From NCBI GenBank assembly GCA_017960525.1, contig JAGCZA010000049.1:8911-72910 (forward strand): a DNA stretch of 64,000 nucleotides, in the 5' to 3' direction. Shown piece after piece: positions 46,020 to 55,991 of the stretch. Numbering within the stretch: position 1 is the first letter of the stretch; the number at the start of each line of letters is the position of its first letter. The notes under the pieces were generated by a model that saw only the letters and a program-made list of their open reading frames with translations, was not told the origin of the DNA and made no database searches. Source of the stretch: Prevotella sp. Lineage in GTDB: Bacteria; Bacteroidota; Bacteroidia; Bacteroidales; Bacteroidaceae. The translations under genes were made by a program, and so were the position numbers.

Positions 46020-49000
46020 AGAATGACAAGTTAAGACCAAATGAATAGACTGTCGGTGACGGATAGCGTCCGTTGTCGAGTCCATACACATAACCGTTGG
46101 AATCTGCCGTAGAGGCACCCACTTCAGGGTCGTAGCCGTCATAACCGGTGATGGTGAAGAGGTTCTGGATGTTGCAATATACACGGACGTTGTCCACTCC
46201 CACGTGCTTGAGCCATTTCTTGGGAACGGTGTAGCCCAGCGTGATATTCTTCATACGCAGGTAGCTGCCGTTTTCCACATAGCGGTCGCTGATGCGGCGG
46301 TTGTTGTTCGGGTCGTTCAGACGCACAGCAGGCAGTGAGTTCGGCTGTGCCACCTGCACATTGTCGATGTCGTCATACCAGTTCCACACCGTGCCGGAGT
46401 TGTTGCCCACGTAGCCGTTGCTGTAGTCCTTGTTGGGATCGATGGCCGTGATGACGGAGCGGTCTCTGATGGTGGCTGCCTGGTTCTGCCATACGCTGTT
46501 CATGCCGTCGAGCTTCATGCGCAGGTAGTTGAACACCTTGTTGCCGTAGGAGCCGTTGATGAAGATGCTCAGGTCGAAGTCCTTATAGCGGAAGGTGTTG
46601 GTCCAGCCAAAGGTGTACTTTGGCATGGGGTTGCCCAAGTACGTGCGGTCGTTCTCGTCGATGACACCGTCGCTGTTCAGGTCCTTGTACTTGATGTCGC
46701 CCACCCACACAGTATTGTAGCGGTTGAAGCCGTTGTTGCCGTAAGCCACAGGCTTTGCAGAGGTTTCGATGTCCTCCAAACTGGTGTAGACACCATCGGT
46801 GACATAGCCGTACCACTGGAACAGAGGCTGCCCGACGTCGCTCTTCGACACGATGTCGGTCCACATGCCATAGCCGTAGATGGAGGCGCTGGCCGTTCCT
46901 GCCAATTCCTTCAGCTTGTTCTTGTTCCAAGAGATTTCAAACTCCGAGTCCCAGGAGAAGTCCTTGGTCGAAATGGGATGGGTGTTCACAGTCAGCTCAA
47001 AACCGGTGTTTTCAATCTTGCCATAGTTACCCCAGGGGGCTGCAAGGGCGGAAGAGCCGTTGCCGCTGGTGCCCATGTATGAAGGCAGCTGCATAGGCAT
47101 GAGCATGTCGTTGGAAACCTTTTTGTACCAGTCGACAGTGATGTTAAACTTGTTGTTCAAGAAGCCCAAGTCCAGACCAATGTTGGTCTGCTCCTGCTTC
47201 TCCCAGTGGATTTCACGGTTGGCGATACGGGCGGGACGCTGCGAAGTGCCGAGGCCCGACTCCATCACGCTCAGGTCTGAAGCCCACTTGCCACCGCCGA
47301 TGTTCGAGTTACCTGTCTGGCCCCAGCCGATGCGGAGCTTGCCGTTGGAAAGCCACTTCTCGGCAAAATTCTTGATGAATGCCTCGTTTGAGAAGCGCCA
47401 GGCAGCAGCAAAAGAGTGGAACGAACCCCAGCGCATGTCAGGACCGAAGTTCGAGCTACCGTCGCGACGGAAGGTATAAGTCAGCAGGTAGCGGTCGTCA
47501 TAATTATAGGTTTCGCGCGTGAAGAACGACGACATAGCTGCCGAGCCGAAACCTGAACCAATCTGAGGCTCACCAGTACCGAGTGCCGGATTCTGGATGC
47601 TGTTTGAAGGCAGGTCGGTGTTGAACAGGCTTGCATAGTCCCACTTGCTTTCCCAGCACTCCTGGCCAACCATAGCCGAGAAGCCGTGCTTGCCAATCTG
47701 GCCGTTATAAGTCAGGTAGTTCTTAATCTGTATGAACTGACCTGTGGTCTTCTGCAGGCGAGCCTGGTTCTGAGCCTTCGTCCAGTTGCCAAGGTTCACA
47801 GAGGGTTCAAAGGTGGAGGCACGGTCCCAGTTGAAGTTGTAGCCTATTTCAGTATGCCACACCAGCCCCTTCATAAACGTCACCTCCCCAAAGAGGTTTC
47901 CGTTCAGCAGGTTGCGCTTGTAGCGGTAGTCGTTCATCAGGGCCAGGGCCACCGGGTTGGGGTTGCTCATGCCTTCACGCGAAACCGAAGTGTAGCCACC
48001 CTCAATGTTGTAGATGGGCTGATAGGGTGGGGTGGTCAGCGCGTAGGTGATGACACCCTCGTCCTGGTCGGCCTTCAGCAGCTTCTCCGATGTGTGCGAG
48101 TAGGTGGCGTTCAGGCCCAGCTTCAGCCAAGGCTTCAGTTGCGCGTCCAAGTTCACGCGGGCTCCATTACGCATAAAGTTCGAGCCGATGATGGTACCGT
48201 CCTGGTCCATATAGTTGGCACTGACATAATATTTCACCGCATCCGTACCACCCTGGGCACTCACCTGGTGCTGGTGCTGCAGAGCTGTACGGAAAATGGC
48301 ATCCTGCCAGTTCGTGCCCTTGCCCAGCAGACTGGGGTCGCTCAGGCTTTCGTCCTCAGTGGCAGCCCCTTGGGCCACCATATCATTATAGAACTCGGCA
48401 AACTCGCGCAGGTTCAGCATGTCAATGCGCTTTCCCTGATACTGCCAGGCCACCATGCCCTCATAGCTGAACTTGGCCTCACCCGTCTTACCATGCTTTG
48501 TCGTAATCAGAACCACACCATTGGCACCCTGGGCACCATAAATTGCAGTGGCAGAGGCATCCTTCAATATCTCCATACTCACAATGTCGTTGGGGTTGAT
48601 GGTCGACAGGGGCGACACCGATGAAACGGAACCGTTACCTAAACGGTCTCCCAGACCGACCGACGCTCCCGACGAATTGCCGTTGTTCCAGATCACACCG
48701 TCAATCACATAGAGAGGCTCAGCACCTGCATTGATCGTGGCCTGGCCACGCACGCGAATACTCGACGAAGAACCGGGGGCACCAGAGGTCTGGACTGCTG
48801 TCACACCAGCGACACGGCCTGCAAAAGCCTGGTCCAGGTTGGTGATAATCGAACCCTTCATCTTCTTCTCGTCCATACTTCCCGTGGCACCAGCCACGTC
48901 GCTCTTCTTCATCGTACCATAACCCACTACCACCACCTCGTTCAGCATTTGGCGGTCTTCGACAATCGTAATGGCATAGTCGCTCTGAGAAGTAATCTTC

Positions 49001-49305
49001 ACCTCCTTCGGAAGGTAGCCAACGTAGGTGATGACCAGCGTCTGGCCCGGCGAAGCCTGTAGCGAGAATTTACCGTCAAAGTCGGTCACAACACCAGTGT
49101 TCGTGCCCTTCACTTTGATGCTGGCACCAATCACCGGCCCCATCGCATCGCTCACCGTACCAGTGATCTTCTTCGTCTGTTGCACTTCATTGGGAAGAGG
49201 CAAGGCGCTTCCCCCCGGAGCAGCAGACAGCCGTGGCGAATAGCCAAGCACAGAAGCCAGGCAAAAAGTCGCCACCATACAATTTTTACTGCAATTTAAA
49301 TTCAT
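46018..49305 (-). CDS. susC: SusC/RagA TonB-dependent transporter
   Basis: EVVVVGYG, PLYVIDG, ILKDASATAIYGAQGANGVVLITTK and C-terminal GLNLSF. Confidence 0.96.
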   Translation of the reverse strand: MNLNCSKNCMVATFCLASVLGYSPRLSAAPGGSALPLPNEVQQTKKITGTVSDAMGPVIGASIKVKGTNTGVVTDFDGKFSLQASPGQTLVITYVGYLPKEVKITSQSDYAITIVEDRQMLNEVVVVGYGTMKKSDVAGATGSMDEKKMKGSIITNLDQAFAGRVAGVTAVQTSGAPGSSSSIRVRGQATINAGAEPLYVIDGVIWNNGNSSGASVGLGDRLGNGSVSSVSPLSTINPNDIVSMEILKDASATAIYGAQGANGVVLITTKHGKTGEAKFSYEGMVAWQYQGKRIDMLNLREFAEFYNDMVAQGAATEDESLSDPSLLGKGTNWQDAIFRTALQHQHQVSAQGGTDAVKYYVSANYMDQDGTIIGSNFMRNGARVNLDAQLKPWLKLGLNATYSHTSEKLLKADQDEGVITYALTTPPYQPIYNIEGGYTSVSREGMSNPNPVALALMNDYRYKRNLLNGNLFGEVTFMKGLVWHTEIGYNFNWDRASTFEPSVNLGNWTKAQNQARLQKTTGQFIQIKNYLTYNGQIGKHGFSAMVGQECWESKWDYASLFNTDLPSNSIQNPALGTGEPQIGSGFGSAAMSSFFTRETYNYDDRYLLTYTFRRDGSSNFGPDMRWGSFHSFAAAWRFSNEAFIKNFAEKWLSNGKLRIGWGQTGNSNIGGGKWASDLSVMESGLGTSQRPARIANREIHWEKQEQTNIGLDLGFLNNKFNITVDWYKKVSNDMLMPMQLPSYMGTSGNGSSALAAPWGNYGKIENTGFELTVNTHPISTKDFSWDSEFEISWNKNKLKELAGTASASIYGYGMWTDIVSKSDVGQPLFQWYGYVTDGVYTSLEDIETSAKPVAYGNNGFNRYNTVWVGDIKYKDLNSDGVIDENDRTYLGNPMPKYTFGWTNTFRYKDFDLSIFINGSYGNKVFNYLRMKLDGMNSVWQNQAATIRDRSVITAIDPNKDYSNGYVGNNSGTVWNWYDDIDNVQVAQPNSLPAVRLNDPNNNRRISDRYVENGSYLRMKNITLGYTVPKKWLKHVGVDNVRVYCNIQNLFTITGYDGYDPEVGASTADSNGYVYGLDNGRYPSPTVYSFGLNLSF

Positions 49306-49347
49306 ACGGTTTTTTTTGTTAGTTGGTTTTTAATTAATATTATTGTA

Positions 49348-49414
49348 AATTTTCAATCTTCAATCTTTCCCCCCCCTAAACAGGGGGGCAAGGGGGGTCT
49401 AATCTTCAATTCTC
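49348..49414. repeat. Heptamer array interrupted by a G/C palindromic element (49369-49400)
   Basis: AATTTTC AATCTTC AATCTTT [C8 TAAACA G6 CAAGGGGGGTCT] AATCTTC AATTCTC. Confidence 0.7.
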
Positions 49415-49425
49415 ACTTTCGAGTG

Positions 49426-49433
49426 CAAAAGTA
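49426..49433 (-). promoter_or_regulatory. -7 box upstream of susC
   Basis: TACTTTTG on minus. Confidence 0.55.
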
Positions 49434-49546
49434 AGCATTTTTCTTTATACCACATAACTTTAATTTGCTTTTTATTGACACTTTTATTAAAAATTTGTGA
49501 TAATCCTACCCAACAGACCAATATCTCACCAAAAACTTCCTAAAAA

Positions 49547-49627
49547 TTTGGTTCGTCCAAACTCCCACTTTGGTTCGTCCAAACTCCTGTTTTGGTTCGT
49601 CCAAACTCCTACTTTGGTTCGTCCAAA
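49547..49627 (-). repeat. Four-unit 22-bp array, inverted relative to 17445
   Basis: TTTGGTTCGTCCAAA at 49547, 49569, 49591 and 49613. Confidence 0.93.
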
Positions 49628-49727
49628 CTTATAAAGCGCTACGGCCCTTTTCAGCAACCGCCCCGTCAATTTTACAAAAGTGCAAAAACTTGCAAAGAAA
49701 GTATAAGCATATTTCCCAAAAAACAAC

Positions 49728-49735
49728 TAACTTTG
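49728..49735 (+). promoter_or_regulatory. -7 box upstream of the CE7 operon
   Basis: TAACTTTG. Confidence 0.55.
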
Positions 49736-49766
49736 CAACGTCGAATATAAATATAGAACAGGACAC

Positions 49767-51053
49767 ATGAAAAAACTGGTTTTATCGCTTTTAGCCATCC
49801 TGGCCCTGCTCCCCGCAGAGGCTCAAATCAGGGGCAACAGCATCGTAGTGACCGTGGAGCCCGACCACCTGGACTGGAACTATCGGGTGGGGGAGACGGC
49901 CCATTTCACCATTGAGGTGCGCCGCTCCGGCACACTCGTCAATAATGTCAGCATCGACTATGCCGCAGGACCAGAGATGTATCAGGACGTGAAGAAGACA
50001 GCAACGCTTAAAGACGGCACGCTGAAGTTGAACGGCAAGATGGGCACGCCAGGCTTCTACCGTGTCGATGTCACCGCCCACGTTGATGGCAAAGACTATC
50101 GCGGAGCCTGCGCCGCCGCTTTCTCACCAGAGAAACTGCAGCCCACGACGGTGATGCCGAAAGACTTCAAGGAGTTCTGGGAAAATGCCGTCAAGGAGGC
50201 AAGGTACACCTCGCTGGAACCCACAAAACGACTGCTGCCTGAACGCTGCACGAAGGACGTGAACGTCTACGAAGTGTCGTTCCAAAACGTGCGCTGGAAC
50301 TCACGCACCTACGGCATACTTTGTGAGCCGGTGAAGGAAGGAAAGTACCCCGCACTCTTGCGCGTGCCAGGCGCAGGCGTAAGACCCTACGGAGGCGATG
50401 TCTGGACTGCCGCACAGGGCATCATCACGCTGGAGATAGGCATTCACGGAATACCCGTCACAATGGAGCAGAAAGTCTACGACGACCTGGCCAACGGAGC
50501 ACTCAACTGCTACTGGGAGTTCGGTGCCGACAACCGTGACAAGAGCTACTACAGGCGGGTGGTGCTGGGATGCATCCGCGCCATCGACTACATAGAGCAG
50601 TTCACCTCGTGGAATGGCCGCCAGCTGGGCGTCACCGGCAGCAGCCAGGGTGGATTCCTCTCGTTGGCAACGGCTGGACTCGACAGGCGCGTCACCTGCT
50701 ACGCCCCCGTACATGCCGCAATGTGCGACTATACAGCTGCATTTCAAGGCGTAGCCTGCGGTTGGCCGCACTATTTCTATGGTAGTGGAAAGAAAGAAGT
50801 GAACAGCGACAAGGCAGAGGCCACGCGCTACTACGACGGCGTGAACTTCGCACGACTCATCACAGAACAGCAGTACGGGTGGTTCTCGTTTGGCTATTGC
50901 GACGATGTGGTGCCTCCAACCACCGCCTACGCTACCTATAACACCGTGAAAGGTCCCAAGCTGCTTTCACCCTATCAGGCCACATGGCACTTCTGGTTCC
51001 AGGAGCAGTGGGACGAGTGGGAAAACTGGCTCATTGAAAAGTTGAAAGGATGA
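49767..51053 (+). CDS. CE7 acetyl esterase (acetylxylan/acetylmannan esterase)
   Basis: VPGAG, GSSQGG nucleophile, DDVVPP and WH. Confidence 0.85.
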   Translation: MKKLVLSLLAILALLPAEAQIRGNSIVVTVEPDHLDWNYRVGETAHFTIEVRRSGTLVNNVSIDYAAGPEMYQDVKKTATLKDGTLKLNGKMGTPGFYRVDVTAHVDGKDYRGACAAAFSPEKLQPTTVMPKDFKEFWENAVKEARYTSLEPTKRLLPERCTKDVNVYEVSFQNVRWNSRTYGILCEPVKEGKYPALLRVPGAGVRPYGGDVWTAAQGIITLEIGIHGIPVTMEQKVYDDLANGALNCYWEFGADNRDKSYYRRVVLGCIRAIDYIEQFTSWNGRQLGVTGSSQGGFLSLATAGLDRRVTCYAPVHAAMCDYTAAFQGVACGWPHYFYGSGKKEVNSDKAEATRYYDGVNFARLITEQQYGWFSFGYCDDVVPPTTAYATYNTVKGPKLLSPYQATWHFWFQEQWDEWENWLIEKLKG

Positions 51054-51079
51054 TTATGATTATAAAGACAAAAACTTGT

Positions 51080-52189
51080 ATGAAACAGTATATATATATA
51101 ATAGGTGTAGCCCTGATGATGGGCGCATGCGGCCAAAAGGCTGTAGTCGGGGACAGCAATTCCCCTGTAACAGAGAGTGAGCAACTGGCTGGACGACTGA
51201 AGGCGTTGCAGCAAAAGGGCAATATGATGGGCCATCAGGACGACCCGTTCTATGGCGTGACGTGGCCCGGAACCTACGCCGGCGATAGTGCCGAACTGGG
51301 CCGTAGCGACGTGCTGGCCACCGTCGGCGACTATCCTGCCGTGATGGGATTCGACCTGGGAGGAATTGAAATGGGCGATGCCAAGAACCTTGACAGCGTG
51401 CCATTCACTCGCATCCACGACGAGCTGATTGCCCACCACGAGCGCGGAGGCATCGTCACACTGAGCTGGCACCCCCGCAATCCCCTGACGGGAGGCACAG
51501 CATGGGATGTCACCGACTCGACTGTGGTGAAAAGCGTGCTGGAGGGCGGCTCGCAATATGAGAAATTCCAGACGTGGATGCAGCGGGTGGGCGATTTCGT
51601 CGCCACGCTGAAGACCAACGACGGCCAGCCCGTTCCCATCGTCTTCCGCCCCTGGCACGAAAACAACGGCTCGTGGTTCTGGTGGGGACAGAAACTCTGC
51701 TCCGACGACGAGTTCCGTGGCCTGTGGAACATGCTGCAAGACTATCTGACCGAGGTGCGGGGATTCAGCAACTTGCTCTGGAGCTATTCGCCCAACCTCG
51801 ACGGAGGATGGACTGAAGAGCGATTCGCACAGCGCTATCCCGGCAACGACCGGGTGACGCTGATAGGCGAGGACGCCTACCAATGGGGAACTGAGGAAGA
51901 CTTCAAGAACGCCCTGACTGCCGACCTCACCTTCCTGGGCAACTTTGCCAAGAAAAACCAGAAGCTGATTGCTATGACTGAGTGCGGACTTAAGAACATG
52001 CCCGACTCGACCTGGTGGACACGTGTGCTGAAGCCTGTTATGGACCAGTACCCCATCAGCTACTTCCTGCTGTGGCGCAACTATCGGGAGGAGTATTTCG
52101 GTCCCTCGCCTGAACTGCCCTGTGCTGCTGATTTCAAAAAACTCTATGAGAGTAACAATGTGCTGTTCCTGAAAGATATTTTAGAATAA
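51080..52189 (+). CDS. GH26 beta-mannanase/mannobiohydrolase lipoprotein
   Basis: Lipobox MGAC; GHQDD, SWH, FRPWHE and AMTECG. Confidence 0.9.
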   Translation: MKQYIYIIGVALMMGACGQKAVVGDSNSPVTESEQLAGRLKALQQKGNMMGHQDDPFYGVTWPGTYAGDSAELGRSDVLATVGDYPAVMGFDLGGIEMGDAKNLDSVPFTRIHDELIAHHERGGIVTLSWHPRNPLTGGTAWDVTDSTVVKSVLEGGSQYEKFQTWMQRVGDFVATLKTNDGQPVPIVFRPWHENNGSWFWWGQKLCSDDEFRGLWNMLQDYLTEVRGFSNLLWSYSPNLDGGWTEERFAQRYPGNDRVTLIGEDAYQWGTEEDFKNALTADLTFLGNFAKKNQKLIAMTECGLKNMPDSTWWTRVLKPVMDQYPISYFLLWRNYREEYFGPSPELPCAADFKKLYESNNVLFLKDILE

Positions 52190-52190
52190 T

Positions 52191-53363
52191 ATGAGCAATT
52201 TTCAAGAGAAAGTTAAGGCCCTGCGTGCTCACCACGAAGAGCTGCTGGGCAGAAAGAATGAACCCTTGGCCTGGGGCAACGGCATCTACGACAAGTACAA
52301 GTTCCCCATCCTTACTGCCGGGCACGTGCCATTGGAGTGGAAGTACGACTTCAACGAGCAGGACAACCCCTACCTGATGCAACGCATTCTATGCAATGCC
52401 ACACTAAATTCCGGCGCCCTGAAGTGGCAGGGTAAATATATGCTGGTGGTACGTGTAGAGGGGGCTGACCGAAAGTCGTTCTTCGCTGTGGCCGAGAGCC
52501 CCAACGGCATCGACAACTTCCGCTTTTGGCCAGAACCTATCACCATGCCCGACGATGTGGTTCCTGCCACCAACATCTACGACATGCGCATCACTCAACA
52601 TGAAGACGGCTGGATCTATGGTGTGTTCTGCGCAGAGCGTCACGACGGCTCGCAGCCAGGCAACCTGTCGGCAGCGACTGCCACAGCTGCCATTGCCCGC
52701 ACCAAAGACCTCGTGAACTGGGAGCGTCTGCCCGACCTGAAAACAAAGAGCCAGCAGCGCAATGTGGTGCTGCACCCAGAGTTTGTCGAAGGTAAATATG
52801 CCTTCTACACCCGCCCGCAGGATGGTTTCATCGACACAGGCAGCGGTGGCGGCATCGGCTGGGCGCTGGTCGACGACATCACCCATGCCGAAATCAAGGA
52901 GGAGAAAATCATCTACGAGCGCAAGTACCACACCATCACAGAGGTGAAGAATGGCGAGGGGCCGCACCCCATCAAAACACCCAAGGGATGGCTGCACCTG
53001 GCCCACGGCGTGCGTGCTACAGCCGACGGGTTGCGATACGTGCTGTATATGTATATGACCTCGCTTGAAGACCCCACTCGTGTCATTGCCAGGCCGGGCG
53101 GCTACTTCCTCGTTCCAGAAGGCGACGAATATTTGGGCGACGTGATGAACGTAGCATTTGCCAACGGCTGGATTGCCGATGATGACGGACGGGTATTCAT
53201 CTATTACGCTTCTGCTGACACCCGTATGCACGTGGCAGTTTCAACCGTCGACAAACTCATCGACTACTGTATGAATACACCCGAGGACGGGCTGACCACA
53301 GCTGCCTCGGTAGAAACCATCAAAAAACTTATTAGGAAAAACTTAAAATATGGCAACAATTAA
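52191..53363 (+). CDS. mgp: GH130 4-O-beta-D-mannosyl-D-glucose phosphorylase
   Basis: NATLNSGA, RVEGADRKSFF, YDMR and KNGEGP. Confidence 0.88.
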   Translation: MSNFQEKVKALRAHHEELLGRKNEPLAWGNGIYDKYKFPILTAGHVPLEWKYDFNEQDNPYLMQRILCNATLNSGALKWQGKYMLVVRVEGADRKSFFAVAESPNGIDNFRFWPEPITMPDDVVPATNIYDMRITQHEDGWIYGVFCAERHDGSQPGNLSAATATAAIARTKDLVNWERLPDLKTKSQQRNVVLHPEFVEGKYAFYTRPQDGFIDTGSGGGIGWALVDDITHAEIKEEKIIYERKYHTITEVKNGEGPHPIKTPKGWLHLAHGVRATADGLRYVLYMYMTSLEDPTRVIARPGGYFLVPEGDEYLGDVMNVAFANGWIADDDGRVFIYYASADTRMHVAVSTVDKLIDYCMNTPEDGLTTAASVETIKKLIRKNLKYGNN

Positions 53364-54693
53364 AGAAAAAATCGGCTACGCCCTGGGCGACGCCGCAGCA
53401 GGAGGTATCACCTGGAAGGTGATGTCGATAGCCTTTCCTGTGTTTTTCACCAGTATTTTCGGACTTACAGTAGCCGACACGGCTGCATTAATGCTGATTG
53501 CCCGCATGTTCGACGTGGTGACCGACCCGCTTATGGGATCACTGGCCGACCGCACGCAGTCGCGCTGGGGAACCTATCGCCCTTGGCTCATCTACGGTGC
53601 CATCCCCTTCGGGCTGATTTTCGCCCTGCTGCTGTACACGCCTGACTTTGGGCTTATGGGCAAACGCATCTGGGCCTACACCTTCTATCTGCTGATGATG
53701 GCCTGCTATACCGCCGTCAATGTGCCCTACGGCTCATTGCTTGGCGTGATGACCGACGATGACAATGAGAAGAACCAATTCTCGTCGTATCGTATGGTGG
53801 GCGCATACGCCATGGGCTTTATCACGCTTTTCTCCTTCCCCTATCTGCAGAAGATGGTGGGAGGTAGCGAGCAGCACCAATATGCGGTGCTGGGCATCTT
53901 TTTCGGTGTGTTGGCCGCTGTGGGAACACTAGCCTGCGGACTGATGACCAAGGAAAGGCTGAAACCAGTCAGGGCCGAGAAGTTCTCGTTCAAGCCATTT
54001 GCCGACCTGTTCAAGAACAAGCCGTGGATATACCTGACACTCATCGGCATCTGTACCAATTTCTTCAATGGTTTCCGCTATGCCGTGGCAGCATATATGT
54101 TCGACTATATCCTCGGAAAAGAAATCACAATGGGCGGACTCATCATCAATTACACCGTGTTTATGATGTTCGGCGAAGCCACGTGTATGGTTTTCGGCGG
54201 TGTGTCGCCCAAGTTCACGCAGTGGATTGGCTCGAAGCGCAAGGCGTTTATGGCTGCCGCCGCCATCTGCGTTCTTTTCTCTGTGCTTTATTTCTTTGTG
54301 CCCAGAGACCCGGCCTATATATGGCTGCTCATTGCCATCGTCATACTCACCTCGATAGGCATTGGCCTCTATTCGCCCTTATTGTGGTCGATGTATGCCG
54401 ACGTGGCCGACTATGCTACCGAGAAGAACGGTACCAGCTCGACAGGCCTTATCTTCTCTTCGGGAACTATGGCACAGAAGTTTGGCACAGCCATTAGTGG
54501 CTCTCTGGTTGCCCTGTTGCTTGGAATGGCTGGATTTGTGTCGGGTACCGATGAAGTGACGGGCGAAACTGTCATCACCATCACCGATATGGAATCGGTG
54601 AAAAGTATGATATGGTGCCTCTTCTCCATCTTCCCTGCCATCATTGCTGCCCTCATTATTGTGCTGACACTAAGATATCCGATTAAAAAGTAA
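53350..54693 (+). CDS. MFS/GPH sugar:cation symporter
   Basis: EKIGYALGD, DRTQSRWGTYRPW and NVPYGSL. Confidence 0.9.
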   Translation: MATIKEKIGYALGDAAAGGITWKVMSIAFPVFFTSIFGLTVADTAALMLIARMFDVVTDPLMGSLADRTQSRWGTYRPWLIYGAIPFGLIFALLLYTPDFGLMGKRIWAYTFYLLMMACYTAVNVPYGSLLGVMTDDDNEKNQFSSYRMVGAYAMGFITLFSFPYLQKMVGGSEQHQYAVLGIFFGVLAAVGTLACGLMTKERLKPVRAEKFSFKPFADLFKNKPWIYLTLIGICTNFFNGFRYAVAAYMFDYILGKEITMGGLIINYTVFMMFGEATCMVFGGVSPKFTQWIGSKRKAFMAAAAICVLFSVLYFFVPRDPAYIWLLIAIVILTSIGIGLYSPLLWSMYADVADYATEKNGTSSTGLIFSSGTMAQKFGTAISGSLVALLLGMAGFVSGTDEVTGETVITITDMESVKSMIWCLFSIFPAIIAALIIVLTLRYPIKK

Positions 54694-54699
54694 CAGCAG

Positions 54700-55983
54700 A
54701 TGCTTGACAGAGTTTTGACAATGAAACAGGAGATGCAGGATGTGCTGGAAAACAACATCCTGCGCTTCTGGCTCGACAAGATGCAGGACACAGAGCACGG
54801 TGGCTTCTATGGCCGTATGGACGGTCACCATCAGCTGCATCCTGAGGCCGAGAAGGGGGCCATCCTCAATGCCCGCATCCTCTGGTCGTTCTCCGCAGCC
54901 TATCGGGTTCTTGGTAAGACGGAATACTTGAAAGCAGCCACACGAGCCAAAGACTATATGATTGAGCACTTCATCGACCACAAGTATGGAGGTGTCTATT
55001 GGAGTGTAGATTTCGAGGGCAACCCTATTGACACGAAGAAGCAGTTTTATGCCATCGGTTTTGCCATCTATGGCCTGTCGGAATATGCCCGTGCCACCGA
55101 TGACAGGGAGGCTCTGGACTATGCTTTGCAGCTGTACGACTGCATAGAAGAACATGCCTTTGACCGTGAGCATAATGGCTATATTGAGGCATGCACCAGA
55201 GAATGGGGCGAGATTGCCGACATGCGGCTGTCGGAGCTGGATGCCAACTACCCCAAGTCGCAAAACACCCATTTGCACATTATCGAACCCTACACAAACC
55301 TTTTCCGCTGTCTCAAGGAGTTCCATGAGGCCGAATTGCCAAACTGCAACTATGTGCCAGTTATAGGTGCGGTGCTGCCTTTGGGTGTTTCCGTGGCTCA
55401 GGAAACTGTCTACAAGATTGAGGCATCTCTGCGAAATCTCATTGACATCTTCACGGAAAAGATTCTCAACCCCACCACCCACCACCTCGACCTCTTCTTC
55501 GAAATGGACTGGAAGCGTGGAGCCGGACGGTTAGAAAGCTATGGGCACGACATAGAGTGTTCGTGGCTGATGCACGAGGCGGCACTGGTATTAGGCGACA
55601 AGAAGGTGCTGGAAAGGGTGGAACCGATTGTGCAGATGGTGGCAAAGGCATCAGCAAAAGGCCTGCGTCCTGATGGTTCTATGATACATGAGGCCAATCT
55701 TGACACTAACCACGTGGACGATGACTTGCATTGGTGGGTACAGGCCGAGACCGTCGTGGGCTGGCTGAACCTCTATCAGTATTTCGGCAATGAGGAAGCA
55801 TTGCAGAGAGCTGAAGCCTGCTGGCAATACATCAAGCAGAACCTCATCGACTATGAGTATGGCGAATGGTTCTGGAGTCGTCGAAAGGACGGCACGCTGA
55901 ACCTCGACGATGATCATGCCGGCTTCTGGAAGTGTCCCTATCATAACAGTCGTATGTGTTTGGAAACAATTGAACGTTTTTAA
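54700..55983 (+). CDS. AGE-family cellobiose/mannobiose 2-epimerase
   Basis: NARILWSFS, SQNTHLH, SYGHDIE, WWVQAE and WKCPYH. Confidence 0.9.
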   Translation: MLDRVLTMKQEMQDVLENNILRFWLDKMQDTEHGGFYGRMDGHHQLHPEAEKGAILNARILWSFSAAYRVLGKTEYLKAATRAKDYMIEHFIDHKYGGVYWSVDFEGNPIDTKKQFYAIGFAIYGLSEYARATDDREALDYALQLYDCIEEHAFDREHNGYIEACTREWGEIADMRLSELDANYPKSQNTHLHIIEPYTNLFRCLKEFHEAELPNCNYVPVIGAVLPLGVSVAQETVYKIEASLRNLIDIFTEKILNPTTHHLDLFFEMDWKRGAGRLESYGHDIECSWLMHEAALVLGDKKVLERVEPIVQMVAKASAKGLRPDGSMIHEANLDTNHVDDDLHWWVQAETVVGWLNLYQYFGNEEALQRAEACWQYIKQNLIDYEYGEWFWSRRKDGTLNLDDDHAGFWKCPYHNSRMCLETIERF

Positions 55984-55991
55984 TTCTGACT

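Noticed and set aside
55320-55410. Insertion of about 25 aa in the 2-epimerase
   Set aside because: No repeat signature in the DNA; probably an ordinary variable loop.
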